Shown here: positions 1-10,122 of the stretch, in pieces
How positions within the stretch are numbered: position 1 is the stretch's first letter
Layout: each line of letters starts with the position of its first letter
From: an uncultured delta proteobacterium
Lineage (GTDB): Bacteria > Desulfobacterota > Desulfomonilia > UBA1062
Direction: 5' to 3'
Assembly: GCA_963752595.1 (NCBI GenBank)
Contig: CAVVYZ010000009.1
Span: forward strand, 64,001-128,000
DNA length: 64,000 nt
Translations under genes and position numbers: made by a program
Notes under the pieces: generated by a model
What the model was told of the DNA's origin: nothing
Seen by the model: the letters and a program-made list of their open reading frames with translations, nothing else
Database searches by the model: none

Positions 1-2
1 AC

Positions 3-2003
3 CTCATCCCCGGCTATGAGCGGGTATTGAAGATCGGATGGAAAGGGATCTACGAGGACATCAGGTCGCATTACGAATCCATGGACACAAAAGGCAAGAA
101 GGGGCCCAAAGGCGGCCAGCTCCGGGCCATGATGACCGCTGCAACCATGGCCAAGGACCTCGCCTGGAGGTATGCAAGGCTCTGCGAGCGGCTCGGCCAG
201 GACGAATGGGACGATGTCCGCAAGGACGAGCTCAGCCGGATGGCGAAAAACCTCAAGAGAGTCCCGTGGGAGCCTGCCCGGACGTTCTGGGAGGCGGTGC
301 AGTCGCTGTGGATCACCCACATGCTCGTCATGAGCGACGAGAATTATCCCGGCCCGGGGGTATCCTTCGGCCGGATCGACCAGTATCTCCTGCCCTACTG
401 GGAACTTTCGATCTCCGAAGGCATGGACAGGGACTTCGGAAAAGAAATCCTGAAATGTTTCTGGCTCCACGCCAACACGGCCTATGACGCCATGATTCGC
501 ATCGGCGGAAACCAGGGCATCACGGCCGGCTACGGCCAGCTGGTTACTTTTTCGGGTATGGGTGCGGGCGGCCGCGACATGACCGGCGATCTCACATACG
601 CCATGCTGGAGGTCGTGGACGAGCTCTCGCCCATCCTGGAGCCCAAACCCAATGTCAGACTCCACAGGGGAAGTCCCGAGAAGCTCATGGACAAGGTAGT
701 GGACATGATCTCGACGAGCCAGGGATCGCCCTTCCTCCTCAACTTCGACGAGCGGTCCATGGCCGGCATGATGGTGGAGGCAAGAAAGGCCAAGGTGGAG
801 CATCTCATCCACGAAGACACCGTATTCGACTACGCACCCGTGGGCTGCCTGGAGAATACCATGGCAGGCAACGACCGCTCCGGCACGGTGGACAACAACC
901 TCAACCTGCTCAAGGCAGTCGAGCTTGCCCTGAATGACGGGAGGGATTTCCACGATTTCCTTGACCCCATCACCGGCAAGCTGGAAAAGGTCAGGCAAGC
1001 CGGGCCTTCTACCGGAAACGCCGCACGGTTCAGGATCTGGGATGATTTCTGGAAAGCCTATGTCCAGCAGACAAGGTTCATCATCAAGCGGTGCGTGGAG
1101 CTCTATGAGAAATCCGAGTCCATCCGGGCGAGATTCTGCCCCACGCCGTACGTCTCCTGCCTTGTCAAGGGATGCGCCGAAAAAGGCATCGATGTAACCC
1201 AGGGTGGCGCAGAGCTCAACTTCACCACGCTCGAGGCCGTGACCTTTGCCACGACCGTGGACAGCCTGCTCGCCATAAAAAGCCTCGTCTACGAAAGGAA
1301 AGAGTGCACGATGAAAAAATTCATCCAGGCACTGAAGGCAAACTGGCAGGGGCATGAGGCATTGCGGGCAAAAGCTACCTTCAGGGCCCCCAAGTACGGC
1401 CGGGACGATGACGAGGCCGACGAGATGGCGCATATGGTCATGAAGCTCTGGTGCGAGGAGACCTGGAAGCACAAGACCTCATCCACGCTCCGGCAGTTCA
1501 GGCCGGGCATGCTCAGCTGGAATTACTGGGTAGGCGACGGGTTTATCCTGCCGGCAAGCCCGGACGGACGGCCCAAGGGAAGGTTCCTGTCAAATGCCAT
1601 CTGCCCGGTGAGCGGTGCGGACATCAACGGCCCCACGGCAAACATGAATTCCGTCGGCAAGGCCCTCGGCGGAAAGGCTGCAAACGGCAAGGGCGACTGG
1701 AAAGAGTTCCTCAACTGCCTCCCGAACGGGGCGAGCCACACCATCTCCATCAACCCGTCCATGCTGAAGAGCAGGGAGCAGAAGGAAAAGTTCAAAGCCT
1801 TCATCAGGGGCTGCATCGAAAACGGCGGAACGTCGCTGCAGATCAACATGGTGGATGCGGCCATGCTCAAAGATGCGCAAGAGAGGCCCGAGGAATACCG
1901 TTCGCTCCTGGTGCGGATCACCGGATACAACGCCTACTTCACGAGCATCGGCCATGAGCTCCAGAACGAGGTTATCGCGAGGATCAGCCATGAATCGTGC
2001 TAA
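3..2003 (+). CDS. Glycyl radical enzyme (PFL-like family), 5' end outside the window
   Basis: Open frame from the window edge (LIPGYERVL...). Cys loop YAPVGCLEN; C-terminal Gly-radical motif LLVRITGYNAYF; SFGRIDQYL segment; activase immediately downstream. Confidence 0.93.
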   Translation, partial: LIPGYERVLKIGWKGIYEDIRSHYESMDTKGKKGPKGGQLRAMMTAATMAKDLAWRYARLCERLGQDEWDDVRKDELSRMAKNLKRVPWEPARTFWEAVQSLWITHMLVMSDENYPGPGVSFGRIDQYLLPYWELSISEGMDRDFGKEILKCFWLHANTAYDAMIRIGGNQGITAGYGQLVTFSGMGAGGRDMTGDLTYAMLEVVDELSPILEPKPNVRLHRGSPEKLMDKVVDMISTSQGSPFLLNFDERSMAGMMVEARKAKVEHLIHEDTVFDYAPVGCLENTMAGNDRSGTVDNNLNLLKAVELALNDGRDFHDFLDPITGKLEKVRQAGPSTGNAARFRIWDDFWKAYVQQTRFIIKRCVELYEKSESIRARFCPTPYVSCLVKGCAEKGIDVTQGGAELNFTTLEAVTFATTVDSLLAIKSLVYERKECTMKKFIQALKANWQGHEALRAKATFRAPKYGRDDDEADEMAHMVMKLWCEETWKHKTSSTLRQFRPGMLSWNYWVGDGFILPASPDGRPKGRFLSNAICPVSGADINGPTANMNSVGKALGGKAANGKGDWKEFLNCLPNGASHTISINPSMLKSREQKEKFKAFIRGCIENGGTSLQINMVDAAMLKDAQERPEEYRSLLVRITGYNAYFTSIGHELQNEVIARISHESC

Positions 2004-3021
2004 AGGCGACCGCACCGTGAAAAGCGAGGGAGGGACTTTCCCGAGAGGGACGATCTTGAGGATTCAGCGGATGTCCATGGAAGACGGCCCCGGCATCAGG
2101 AGCACGGTCTTTTTCAAAGGCTGTCCATTACGGTGCGTGTGGTGCCACAACCCGGAGAGCATCTCTGTCTCCCCGGAGATTCACTGGGAGGGGCAGAAGT
2201 GCACGGGATGCCTGGGATGCCTGCAGGCCTGCCCCGAACACGCCCTTTCCTCCGGTGAAAACGGCATTGCCGTAGAACGGTCGAAATGCACGGGCTGTCT
2301 CGCCTGCACCGAGGCCTGCCCCGCTACGGCCCTGGAGGCTTATGGGAATACCATGACCACGTCCGGGATCATACGGGAGGTCGTGAAGGACAGGGTGTAC
2401 TATGAGAAGTCCGGCGGCGGGGTAACCCTTTCCGGGGGAGAGCCTTCGCTGCAGCCGGCATTTGCCCGGGCTCTCCTGAAGGAGCTCAAGGAGCAGGGCA
2501 TTCACACGGCGCTCGATACCTGCGGCCAGTGCCGGTGGGATACCCTGGAGCATCTCCTGCCGTATACGGATCTCGTGCTTTTTGACGTCAAGATGATCGC
2601 CCCTGAGCCCCATAAGGAATATACCGGCGTCACGAGCACCCTGATCCTGGAAAACCTGCTCAAGCTCTCCGAGTTCATGGAGAACACCGGCATGCCGGCA
2701 AATCTCTGGATCCGCACCCCGGTCATCCCGAACCATACGGCGAATCCGGCAAACATCCGGGCCATCGGAACCTTCATCAGGGAAAAGCTCATCGGTCAGA
2801 TCGCCAGGTGGGACCTCTGTGCATTCAACAGGCTGTGCACCCACAAGTACGAGGGGCTCGGGATCGAATGGGCCTGCAGGGATCTGGAGCTCGTTGCAGA
2901 AGACGAGATGGAGCGACTCGCCGGCGTTGCGCGCAAGGTCCTGGGGAAAGCGGACATCGTCTTTACGAGCGGCCAGTTACAGAAGCCGCGCTTAAGCCTG
3001 ATCACCGGGGGCAAGGGCTGA
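1990..3021 (+). CDS. Glycyl-radical enzyme activating protein (radical SAM with ferredoxin insert)
   Basis: DGPGIRSTVFFKGCPLRCVWCHNPE; two CxxCxxCxxxCP motifs; GGGVTLSGGEP; ATG 1990 overlaps the GRE end. Confidence 0.95.
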   Translation: MNRAKGDRTVKSEGGTFPRGTILRIQRMSMEDGPGIRSTVFFKGCPLRCVWCHNPESISVSPEIHWEGQKCTGCLGCLQACPEHALSSGENGIAVERSKCTGCLACTEACPATALEAYGNTMTTSGIIREVVKDRVYYEKSGGGVTLSGGEPSLQPAFARALLKELKEQGIHTALDTCGQCRWDTLEHLLPYTDLVLFDVKMIAPEPHKEYTGVTSTLILENLLKLSEFMENTGMPANLWIRTPVIPNHTANPANIRAIGTFIREKLIGQIARWDLCAFNRLCTHKYEGLGIEWACRDLELVAEDEMERLAGVARKVLGKADIVFTSGQLQKPRLSLITGGKG

Positions 3022-3041
3022 CAGATAACGGGAGGTATTCT

Positions 3042-3899
3042 TTGGCAAGGATGAAAAAAACAGTGACCAGGTTCGATGAAAAGGACCTGCCGGAATTCGA
3101 GCCCGAGGCCAAGGTGGGCCTCATCGCCACGGTAAGCCCAGACGGCCTTCCTCACATCACACTGATCACGGCGCTGCAGGCAAAGACACCCGAAACGCTC
3201 ATCTGGGGGCAGTTCTCCGAGGGCTTGAGCAAGCAGAACGTGAGAACGAACCCCAAGACGGGCTTCCTCATCATGACGCTGTCCCGGAGCCTCTGGCGCG
3301 GAAAGGCGCTGTGGACCAACTGCGAGACGCACGGTACGGATTACATGATGTTCAATACCAAGCCCATGTTCCGCTACAACGCATATTTCGGGATACACAC
3401 CGTGCACTACATGAACCTTATCGAAACCTATGGAAGGGAAAGCCTGCCCATAGGGAAAATCGTCCTCTCCACACTGCTGACCAGGATGGCGAAATCGCCT
3501 GCACGATCCACGAAAGAAAAGCGTATCCTGAAACCATGGGCTGAAAGATTGTTCAACCGGCTCGACAGCCTGAAATTCCTCTCCATGGTCGATGCCGGCG
3601 GGTTCCCGATCATCATCCCCCTCATCCAGTGCCAGGCCCCGGACAGCACGAGGCTCGCCTTTTCGCCGCGGGCGTACAGGGAGGAGTTCGGGATTCTGAA
3701 ACCCGGTACGAGCGTCGCCGTATTCGGCCTCACCCTGGACATGGAGGATGTACTCGTCCGGGGAATCTTCCGCGGGTTTGAGACATACCGGAATACGAAA
3801 CTGGGCATCATAGACATCGACTGGGTGTACAATTCCATGCCGCCCAAGCACGGCCGGATCTATCCGGAGATTGAGCTTACACCCGTTACCGAGTTCTGA
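3042..3899 (+). CDS. Tandem pyridoxamine 5'-phosphate oxidase-like (flavin split-barrel) domain protein
   Basis: KVGLIATVSPDGLPHITLI...SKQNVRTNPK and a second repeat LKFLSMVDAGGFPIIIP. GGAGG SD before TTG 3042; alternative ATG 3051. Confidence 0.75.
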   Translation: MARMKKTVTRFDEKDLPEFEPEAKVGLIATVSPDGLPHITLITALQAKTPETLIWGQFSEGLSKQNVRTNPKTGFLIMTLSRSLWRGKALWTNCETHGTDYMMFNTKPMFRYNAYFGIHTVHYMNLIETYGRESLPIGKIVLSTLLTRMAKSPARSTKEKRILKPWAERLFNRLDSLKFLSMVDAGGFPIIIPLIQCQAPDSTRLAFSPRAYREEFGILKPGTSVAVFGLTLDMEDVLVRGIFRGFETYRNTKLGIIDIDWVYNSMPPKHGRIYPEIELTPVTEF

Positions 3900-3989
3900 G
3901 GAACGCACGGCCTTGATATCTTCCGAGAGGGCCTTCCCCGGAAGGGGAAGAAAAGGTCCCGTTCGTCCCTCATCCTCTTAAAGCCGTTC

Positions 3990-5001
3990 CTACCGGATGA
4001 CTTCACCATATGCTTTTGAAAAGGGCTTGAGCTCCTGAAAATCCATGACGGTCGACATTGCCAGATTCTCGGCGCCGAACCCCAGCTCACGGGCGGATGC
4101 CACCGGGTTGAGCCCTCCGAACAGGATCATGCCCACCTTGTTGACATCCACCGGCACCTGGCATACGGGTTCGCCTATCCTGCCCACGGACAGCACGCCC
4201 CGGATTCCCACATCCGAGAGCATATCCACGATCTCGATGGCGCTCTCCCGGCAGATGCCCGTCACTTCGCGGAAATTTGCGAGTATTTTCCCTTCACCCC
4301 TTGTGATGACATCGCTCACAGAGGTCATTTTCGCGCTGATAAAGGCCTCGGAAGGGTCAAGGGACGTGCCGGAATAGTGTATGAGCTCCACGAACCGTAC
4401 CGGCTTCTTGTCCTGCATCTGGAGGATGCCGCCGAACTTCGAGTCCATCGGTATTCCCCGTTTCAGCAGCACGCCGTTGAGAACGATGCTGCAGATCGTC
4501 GCAAACCCGACCTGACCTTCGGGCACGTTCATATCCCCCATGAAATTACCTGCACGGGAGATGCACACGAGGTCGCTGATGCAGAGCCCTGCTTCAAATG
4601 CCTGCTTCATGGCATCAAGGGCATCCGGAAATATCGTTTCCGGGAAAAAAAGAAATATTGACCGGGACCAGACCTTTCCGGCTCTCGAGGTCAAACGTGG
4701 TACGGTATGAGAGCACCTCGATGCGGGAGATGGCATAACCGACCTTGTCCTGCACCCGGGCGTTCCGCAGCTCTTCGATGCCTTTATCGGTGATGACCCT
4801 GCCGTCCCGCCTCCCCACGAGCTCGGTAAGGAGGAGCTCATCCATGTACTGCAGGTGGTAGCGTACAGCGCGCTCGCTCAGGCTGATCCCGTAATCCTTC
4901 ATCTTCCGGGCGATTATCCGCGCGCCGAGAGGCTGCCCGGCCTGATTCAGGACCCTTAAGATGACCATGCTCTTTCTCTCGATATCCTCATGGGAGAACA
5001 T
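3990..5001 (-). CDS. nrpR: NrpR-family (wHTH + DUF128) nitrogen regulator, one frameshift near 4645-4651
   Basis: N-terminus ILRVL...GARIIAR...LSERAVRYHL; C-terminus ATICSIVLNGVLLKRGIP...FVELIHYSGTSLDP...GGLNPVA. The two ORFs join at an A7 run. Confidence 0.85.
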
Positions 5002-5329
5002 ACACATTCCTTTAAGCGTTGTTTTTTTATAGTACCGTTTCTTCAAAAAGCCATACGTTTCCTTTGTTCTCTCTGTCAATGGAAAGGAACTGTTGCCTCA
5101 AACGGGCTTGCGAAAGGCTCAACCCTTCGGTTTACAAAAAGTGCCTGATCTTACTCCCATGGCATCTTTCAAGGGCTTCACACAGGTTTTGCACATGATT
5201 TGTGGTTGTTTGACACATGCATGCATACGAATTGTGCTACGTTTTTCCCATTACTGTGCGGGTTTTATTGAAACCGGGTTCTGCTGAAATATTGTTTTAT
5301 ATAGACTGATTTTAAAATAGGGGGACGGC

Positions 5330-6889
5330 ATGAGGCTGTTGTTCGTGTATCCGGAGATCCCGGATACTTTCTGGAGCTTCAAGCACGCATTGCGCTTCGT
5401 ATCGAAAAAGGCGGCTTTCCCACCCTTGGGCCTCCTCACTGTCGCCTCCTCTGCACCACGGGGATGGGAGAAACGCCTTATCGATATGAATGTACGGAAG
5501 CTTCGGGATTCGGACCTCCTGTGGGCGGATTATGTCTGCATCAGCGCCATGCTTGTCCAGAAGGATTCCGTTCTGAAGTTGATCGCCAGGTGCAGGCGCT
5601 TAGGCGTAAAAACGATTGCCGGGGGCCCCTATTTCACCACATCCGAAGACAGCGGTGCGGATGTGGACCATCTGGTCCTGGGGGAATCAGAGGTCATCCT
5701 GCCGGAACTGTTCAGCGATATCGCACACGGATCGCAAAAGCACGTGTATGCAACCCTGGATCATCCCGACCTTTCGCTGACGCCTGTCCCGCAGTGGGAT
5801 CTTATCGATTTCCGCGACTATGACTCCATGCTCGTTCAATTTTCCCGCGGCTGTCCCTTTGATTGCGAATTCTGCGATATCGTCATCCTGAACGGAAGAA
5901 GGCAGCGGACGAAATCCCCGGAGCAGTTCATCGGCGAGATCGACTCCCTGTACCGGAAGGGATGGCGGGGGTCGGTTTTCATCGTGGACGATAATTTCAT
6001 CGGTTCCAAGGTCAGGGTCAAGGAGATGCTCCGCTCGCTGGAAATCTGGATGGAAACACATGGGCGGCCCTTCCACTTCTTTACCGAGGCATCCATCAAC
6101 CTTGCCGAAGACGAGGAGCTCATGTCTCTGATGGCCCGTGCAGGCTTCAACAAGGTATTTGTCGGCATCGAGACACCCAACGTGGAGAGCCTGAAAGAGA
6201 CGAATAAATACCAGAATACCAAGCACGACCTTCTCCAGGCGGTGAAGACCATCCAGCAAAACGGGATGGAGGTCATGGGAGGGTTCATCCTGGGTTTTGA
6301 CAACGATCCCGAGACCATCTTTCAAAGCCAGATCGATTTCATCCAGTCAAGCGGGATAACAATGGCCATGGTGGGCATCCTCAACGCACTGCCCGGCACG
6401 AAGCTGTGGAAGCGCCTGAGTACCGAGGGCAGGCTCATCATGGAGAGTACGGGCAACAACACCGCGTTCTCGATCAACTACATCCCGAAAATGGACATCA
6501 AAAAGCTCGCCGAGGGCTACCGCCAGGTCGTGGATACGATTTACTCCCCAGAAGGATATTACCGGAGGTGCCTGACTTTTCTGAAAGCCTATCACCAGAG
6601 AACGGTCTCAACCATCCATATGTCCGGGATCATGGCCTTTTTCAAGAGCTTCTGGAGCCTGGGCATCAGAAATGAAGAAGGTTTCCGGATATACTTCTGG
6701 AAGCTGCTCATCAAGAGCCTTTTCATCAACCCTAAAACCTTCGGTGAGGCTGTGCGCCTCATGATCGTAGGCATCCACTTCCGCAAATCGCTGTGCATGC
6801 CCCGGGGTGCCGGCCCGGAATGGTTCCTGCCTCTGGATGAATCGGGCATCCGGGATCGTTCCCGCCCGTCCTCTCGTTCTCCCTGCTGA
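5330..6889 (+). CDS. B12-binding radical SAM protein (DUF4070 type)
   Basis: FPPLGLLTVA; SRGCPFDCEFC; FIVDDNFIG; FFTEASINLA; GGFILGFDND. Confidence 0.9.
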   Translation: MRLLFVYPEIPDTFWSFKHALRFVSKKAAFPPLGLLTVASSAPRGWEKRLIDMNVRKLRDSDLLWADYVCISAMLVQKDSVLKLIARCRRLGVKTIAGGPYFTTSEDSGADVDHLVLGESEVILPELFSDIAHGSQKHVYATLDHPDLSLTPVPQWDLIDFRDYDSMLVQFSRGCPFDCEFCDIVILNGRRQRTKSPEQFIGEIDSLYRKGWRGSVFIVDDNFIGSKVRVKEMLRSLEIWMETHGRPFHFFTEASINLAEDEELMSLMARAGFNKVFVGIETPNVESLKETNKYQNTKHDLLQAVKTIQQNGMEVMGGFILGFDNDPETIFQSQIDFIQSSGITMAMVGILNALPGTKLWKRLSTEGRLIMESTGNNTAFSINYIPKMDIKKLAEGYRQVVDTIYSPEGYYRRCLTFLKAYHQRTVSTIHMSGIMAFFKSFWSLGIRNEEGFRIYFWKLLIKSLFINPKTFGEAVRLMIVGIHFRKSLCMPRGAGPEWFLPLDESGIRDRSRPSSRSPC

Positions 6890-7123
6890 TTTTGCAGTAC
6901 TGGCGGTTACCTGCGGGTACTTCCCTTCCTGCCGGACTTGAAAGTGGTACTTTAGGCTTTCCGCCTTATGGCAATTATTATATATTCTTATGATATTCAT
7001 CTTGGCTTGAGAGGATATCCTTTCCTGCCCCTTAAAAAGGCAGCCGGTTTGAAAGGGGAATACGGGAGCGATCTATGGCAGGGATATCCGATTTCTATGA
7101 TGCTTAAGAAAGGGGGGGAGGAT

Positions 7124-7978
7124 ATGATGCAGTATCGTGAACAGGTGACGGATCTCATCAGGCGGAGGAGATCCTGGAGAAGCTATTCCACCGAGGCCGT
7201 TTCCGCCGAGCAGGTAGGTCAGATCAACAGCTTCATCGAATCACTGGGCCCTCCTCCGTTCGGGACGGCCTTGCGCTTTGCTCTCGTGGATGCCCATGTG
7301 CCGGATAAAAAAAGGATGCCCGGCACCTATGGAATCATCAAAGGGGCCGGGAACATCCTCGTAGGTGCATTGAAACATTCACCCATGGATTTTGAAGATT
7401 ATGGATATTCCTTTGAATCCATCATCCTGTTCTGTACCCAGCTGGGTCTCGGAACATGCTGGATGGGCGGGACCTTCAACCGTTCCCTCTTCGGCCTCAA
7501 AATAGGCCTTGCCTCAGACGAGATCATCCCTGCCGTAAGCCCGGTGGGCAAGCCTCTGGCTGCACGGTCCATCCTTGATTCCCTCTTTGCCCTGAGCGCA
7601 GGATCCAAAGACAGGAAAGCCTTTGGCGAGCGTTTCTTCGCAAATAACCTCTTATCCCCTCTGGATGGAGAGCAGGCAGGCAAGTATCGTGAAGCCCTTG
7701 AGATGGTGCGCCTCGCACCGTCAGCCATGAACAAGCAGCCCTGGCGGGTCGTGTTCAAAGACGGATACTTCCACTTTTTTCTGGCCCGCACGTCGGGATA
7801 CAGTAAAATCTTCTCCGAAGTGGATCTCCAGCGCATCGACTTAGGCATCGCCATGTTCCATTTCGAATCCACAGCCCGGCAATTGCACCTTCCCGGGGCC
7901 TGGCAGAAAATGGATGACTCCCACGGGATCTTCTGCCCCCGCGGTGTGGAATACCTGGTAAGCTGGGTTTTACAGTAG
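7124..7978 (+). CDS. Nitroreductase family protein (double domain)
   Basis: IRRRRSWRSY; LGLGTCWMGGTF; RLAPSAMNKQPW; IDLGIAMFHF; GGAGG SD before ATG 7124. Confidence 0.88.
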   Translation: MMQYREQVTDLIRRRRSWRSYSTEAVSAEQVGQINSFIESLGPPPFGTALRFALVDAHVPDKKRMPGTYGIIKGAGNILVGALKHSPMDFEDYGYSFESIILFCTQLGLGTCWMGGTFNRSLFGLKIGLASDEIIPAVSPVGKPLAARSILDSLFALSAGSKDRKAFGERFFANNLLSPLDGEQAGKYREALEMVRLAPSAMNKQPWRVVFKDGYFHFFLARTSGYSKIFSEVDLQRIDLGIAMFHFESTARQLHLPGAWQKMDDSHGIFCPRGVEYLVSWVLQ

Positions 7979-8062
7979 GGGAATCAATAAAATCTTGGGG
8001 CTGGAATACTGATTCTTTAAGTTCTTTAGGAGCTGTATTTCCCGGATGCCAGGAGGAGAAAA

Positions 8063-8116
8063 ATGAGATACAATGCAAAAATATCAAAAGAGATCCTCTT
8101 TGCACAGAGGGGGTAA
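8063..8116 (+). CDS. Putative 17-aa leader peptide MRYNAKISKEILFAQRG
   Basis: Strong SD AGGAGGAG just upstream of ATG 8063; stop at 8114-8116; overlaps alternative hairpins upstream of rlmB. Confidence 0.35.
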   Translation: MRYNAKISKEILFAQRG

Positions 8117-8150
8117 CCTCTTTTCCCAAGCCCTTTAAAGGAGGAAAACG

Positions 8151-8849
8151 TTGGAAATAATCTACGGGAAGAATTCGGTCATGGAAGCCCTCCTTTCGGG
8201 TAGAAGGACTATTTATGAGATCATGACCGCGCGGCAGAATTATGACGACATAGCCGGTGCTGCCGGGAAAGTCCCCGTTCAGACCCTGTCCAGGAAAGAG
8301 CTGGATAAGTTCTCCAAGACGGAGTTTCACCAGGGAATCATTGCAAAGGTATCTCCTTACCAGTATGTCCCGCTTGCCGAGCTCATGGAGAAGCATGTCG
8401 TGGTTCTCCTCGATTCGATCGAGGACCCCCAGAATACAGGCTCCATCATACGAACCGCCTACGGCCTCGCCGATGCAGGAATCGTTATCCCTGAAGACAG
8501 GTCTGCCCAGGTTTCCCCTGCGGTGGTCAAGGCCTCGTCCGGGGCAACCGAGCATGCACTGATCGCACGGGTGAAAAACTTAAGGATGGCGTGCAAGGAA
8601 TTGAAAAAGAATGGATTCTGGATTATCGGCCTGGATGCCCAAGGCCCGATTCCCATAAGCGAAGTGCCGGCATACGACAAAATTGCCCTCATGCTTGGAG
8701 GAGAGAACAGCGGGATCCGGCACGGTCTGGGAAAAGAGGTTGATATCATGGCCCATATCCCCATGAAGGGGTCTTTCAATTCCCTCAATGTTTCGCAGAG
8801 CGCTACCATCGGGCTCTATGAGCTTGCGGTCAGGAGAGCGGCTTCATAA
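8151..8849 (+). CDS. rlmB: 23S rRNA Gm2251 2'-O-methyltransferase (TrmH/SpoU family)
   Basis: YGKNSVMEAL; HQGIIA; LDSIEDPQNTGSIIRTA; GGENSG; IPMKGSFNSLNVS. TTG start with GGAGG SD. Confidence 0.9.
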   Translation: MEIIYGKNSVMEALLSGRRTIYEIMTARQNYDDIAGAAGKVPVQTLSRKELDKFSKTEFHQGIIAKVSPYQYVPLAELMEKHVVVLLDSIEDPQNTGSIIRTAYGLADAGIVIPEDRSAQVSPAVVKASSGATEHALIARVKNLRMACKELKKNGFWIIGLDAQGPIPISEVPAYDKIALMLGGENSGIRHGLGKEVDIMAHIPMKGSFNSLNVSQSATIGLYELAVRRAAS

Positions 8850-8896
8850 ACATGGAGGGTTGAGCAATCGATTTATACAAAAAATGGAGCATTCCC

Positions 8897-9652
8897 ATGA
8901 ACGGAGAAGAATTACCGGACAATTCGCTTGATGCAGTACGCTGCCTGGCTTTCTCAGATGGCCGCTCCGGTGAGGAGAACGAAGAGGTATGCACCGAGGA
9001 GGTCGTGGTGATCTGCCTGAACGACCGGCCGATTATCACCCAGGTGGCTACTCCTATCCAGCTCAAGGAGCTGGGGGCAGGGTTCGTGGTCAGCCAGGGC
9101 CTCGTGCGGACGGTCGAAGGCGTCGAGGTAGAGGGACTGACGATCAAGGTCCGGGCTCCGCAGAGCGTAGAGACTGTCAACTCCGTTATGGAATCCTGCG
9201 GAGGAGCCATGAGCGATACGTTCCTATCGAGGGTGGAAAGCTCGCTCGTAATCGAAAAGGAGTTCATCTTCACGGTGATAGACCATATCGTATCCGGTCT
9301 GTGGGAGAGGACCGGCGGCGCCCATTGCTCTGTCCTGTTTTCCGAAGGCAGGCTTGTCGCGAAGAGCAGCGACATCGGCAGGCACAATACCGTCGATAAG
9401 GTAATCGGATACGCGGTGCTCAATGGGGTGGACCTCTCCCGGTGCGTTCTCGGGTGCACCGGCAGGCAGCCCCTGGGGATGATAACCAAGGCGGCCAATG
9501 CCGGCATCCCCATTGTGATCAGCAAGGCGGCAACCACAACAAAGGGGATCGGCCAGGCCGCGAAGGCAGGGATCACCCTCGTTGGCCGCGTCAAAAAGGG
9601 CAGCTTCCGCTTGTACTCCCATCCACAGCGCATTGCAGGGCTGGCCGAATAG
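8897..9652 (+). CDS. fdhD: Formate dehydrogenase accessory sulfurtransferase
   Basis: TP..LKELGAGF; SCGG; TGGAH; DIGRHNTVDKVIG; KAANAGIPIVIS. Confidence 0.9.
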   Translation: MNGEELPDNSLDAVRCLAFSDGRSGEENEEVCTEEVVVICLNDRPIITQVATPIQLKELGAGFVVSQGLVRTVEGVEVEGLTIKVRAPQSVETVNSVMESCGGAMSDTFLSRVESSLVIEKEFIFTVIDHIVSGLWERTGGAHCSVLFSEGRLVAKSSDIGRHNTVDKVIGYAVLNGVDLSRCVLGCTGRQPLGMITKAANAGIPIVISKAATTTKGIGQAAKAGITLVGRVKKGSFRLYSHPQRIAGLAE

Positions 9653-9673
9653 ACGATAAAGGAAAAGCAACAG

Positions 9674-10090
9674 ATGAAAGAGAAGGGCGTCGGCATAGAA
9701 TTCCTGAAGAGCTACTTCGCAAAGGACGCCTTTGCAGAGCTCTGCGGCATAGAGCTCATCGAGGCATCGGACGGGCATGCCGTTGCCGTTGTCCGGATCG
9801 AGGACAAGCATTTGAACGGGATAGGGCTTGTTCACGGGGGCCTCCTGTGCACGTTGGCCGACCTGGCCTTTGCCGCCGCAGCTCATACCAGGGGCAAGGT
9901 GGCGGTCTCCATCAGCAATACCATCTCCTATATAAAGCCTGCACAAGGAATCTTGCTACGGGCAGAGGCTGTGGAGGTATCCAGAAACCCGCGTCTCGGA
10001 ACCTATGCGGTCAATGTCCTGGATGAAAGCCGGGAGGTCATAGCCGCCTTCCAGGGTCTGGCGTATATAAAGAATCAAAACCTCTTGTGA
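9674..10090 (+). CDS. PaaI-family hotdog thioesterase
   Basis: HLNGIGLVHGGLLCTLADLAFAAA motif. Confidence 0.88.
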   Translation: MKEKGVGIEFLKSYFAKDAFAELCGIELIEASDGHAVAVVRIEDKHLNGIGLVHGGLLCTLADLAFAAAAHTRGKVAVSISNTISYIKPAQGILLRAEAVEVSRNPRLGTYAVNVLDESREVIAAFQGLAYIKNQNLL

Positions 10091-10122
10091 CTTTTTGAAT
10101 CGAATTTTCCTAAGTAAAGAAA

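Noticed and set aside
5080-5140. GAAA hairpin as a c-di-GMP riboswitch
   Set aside because: It lacks the downstream GACGCAAAGC and second-stem features.
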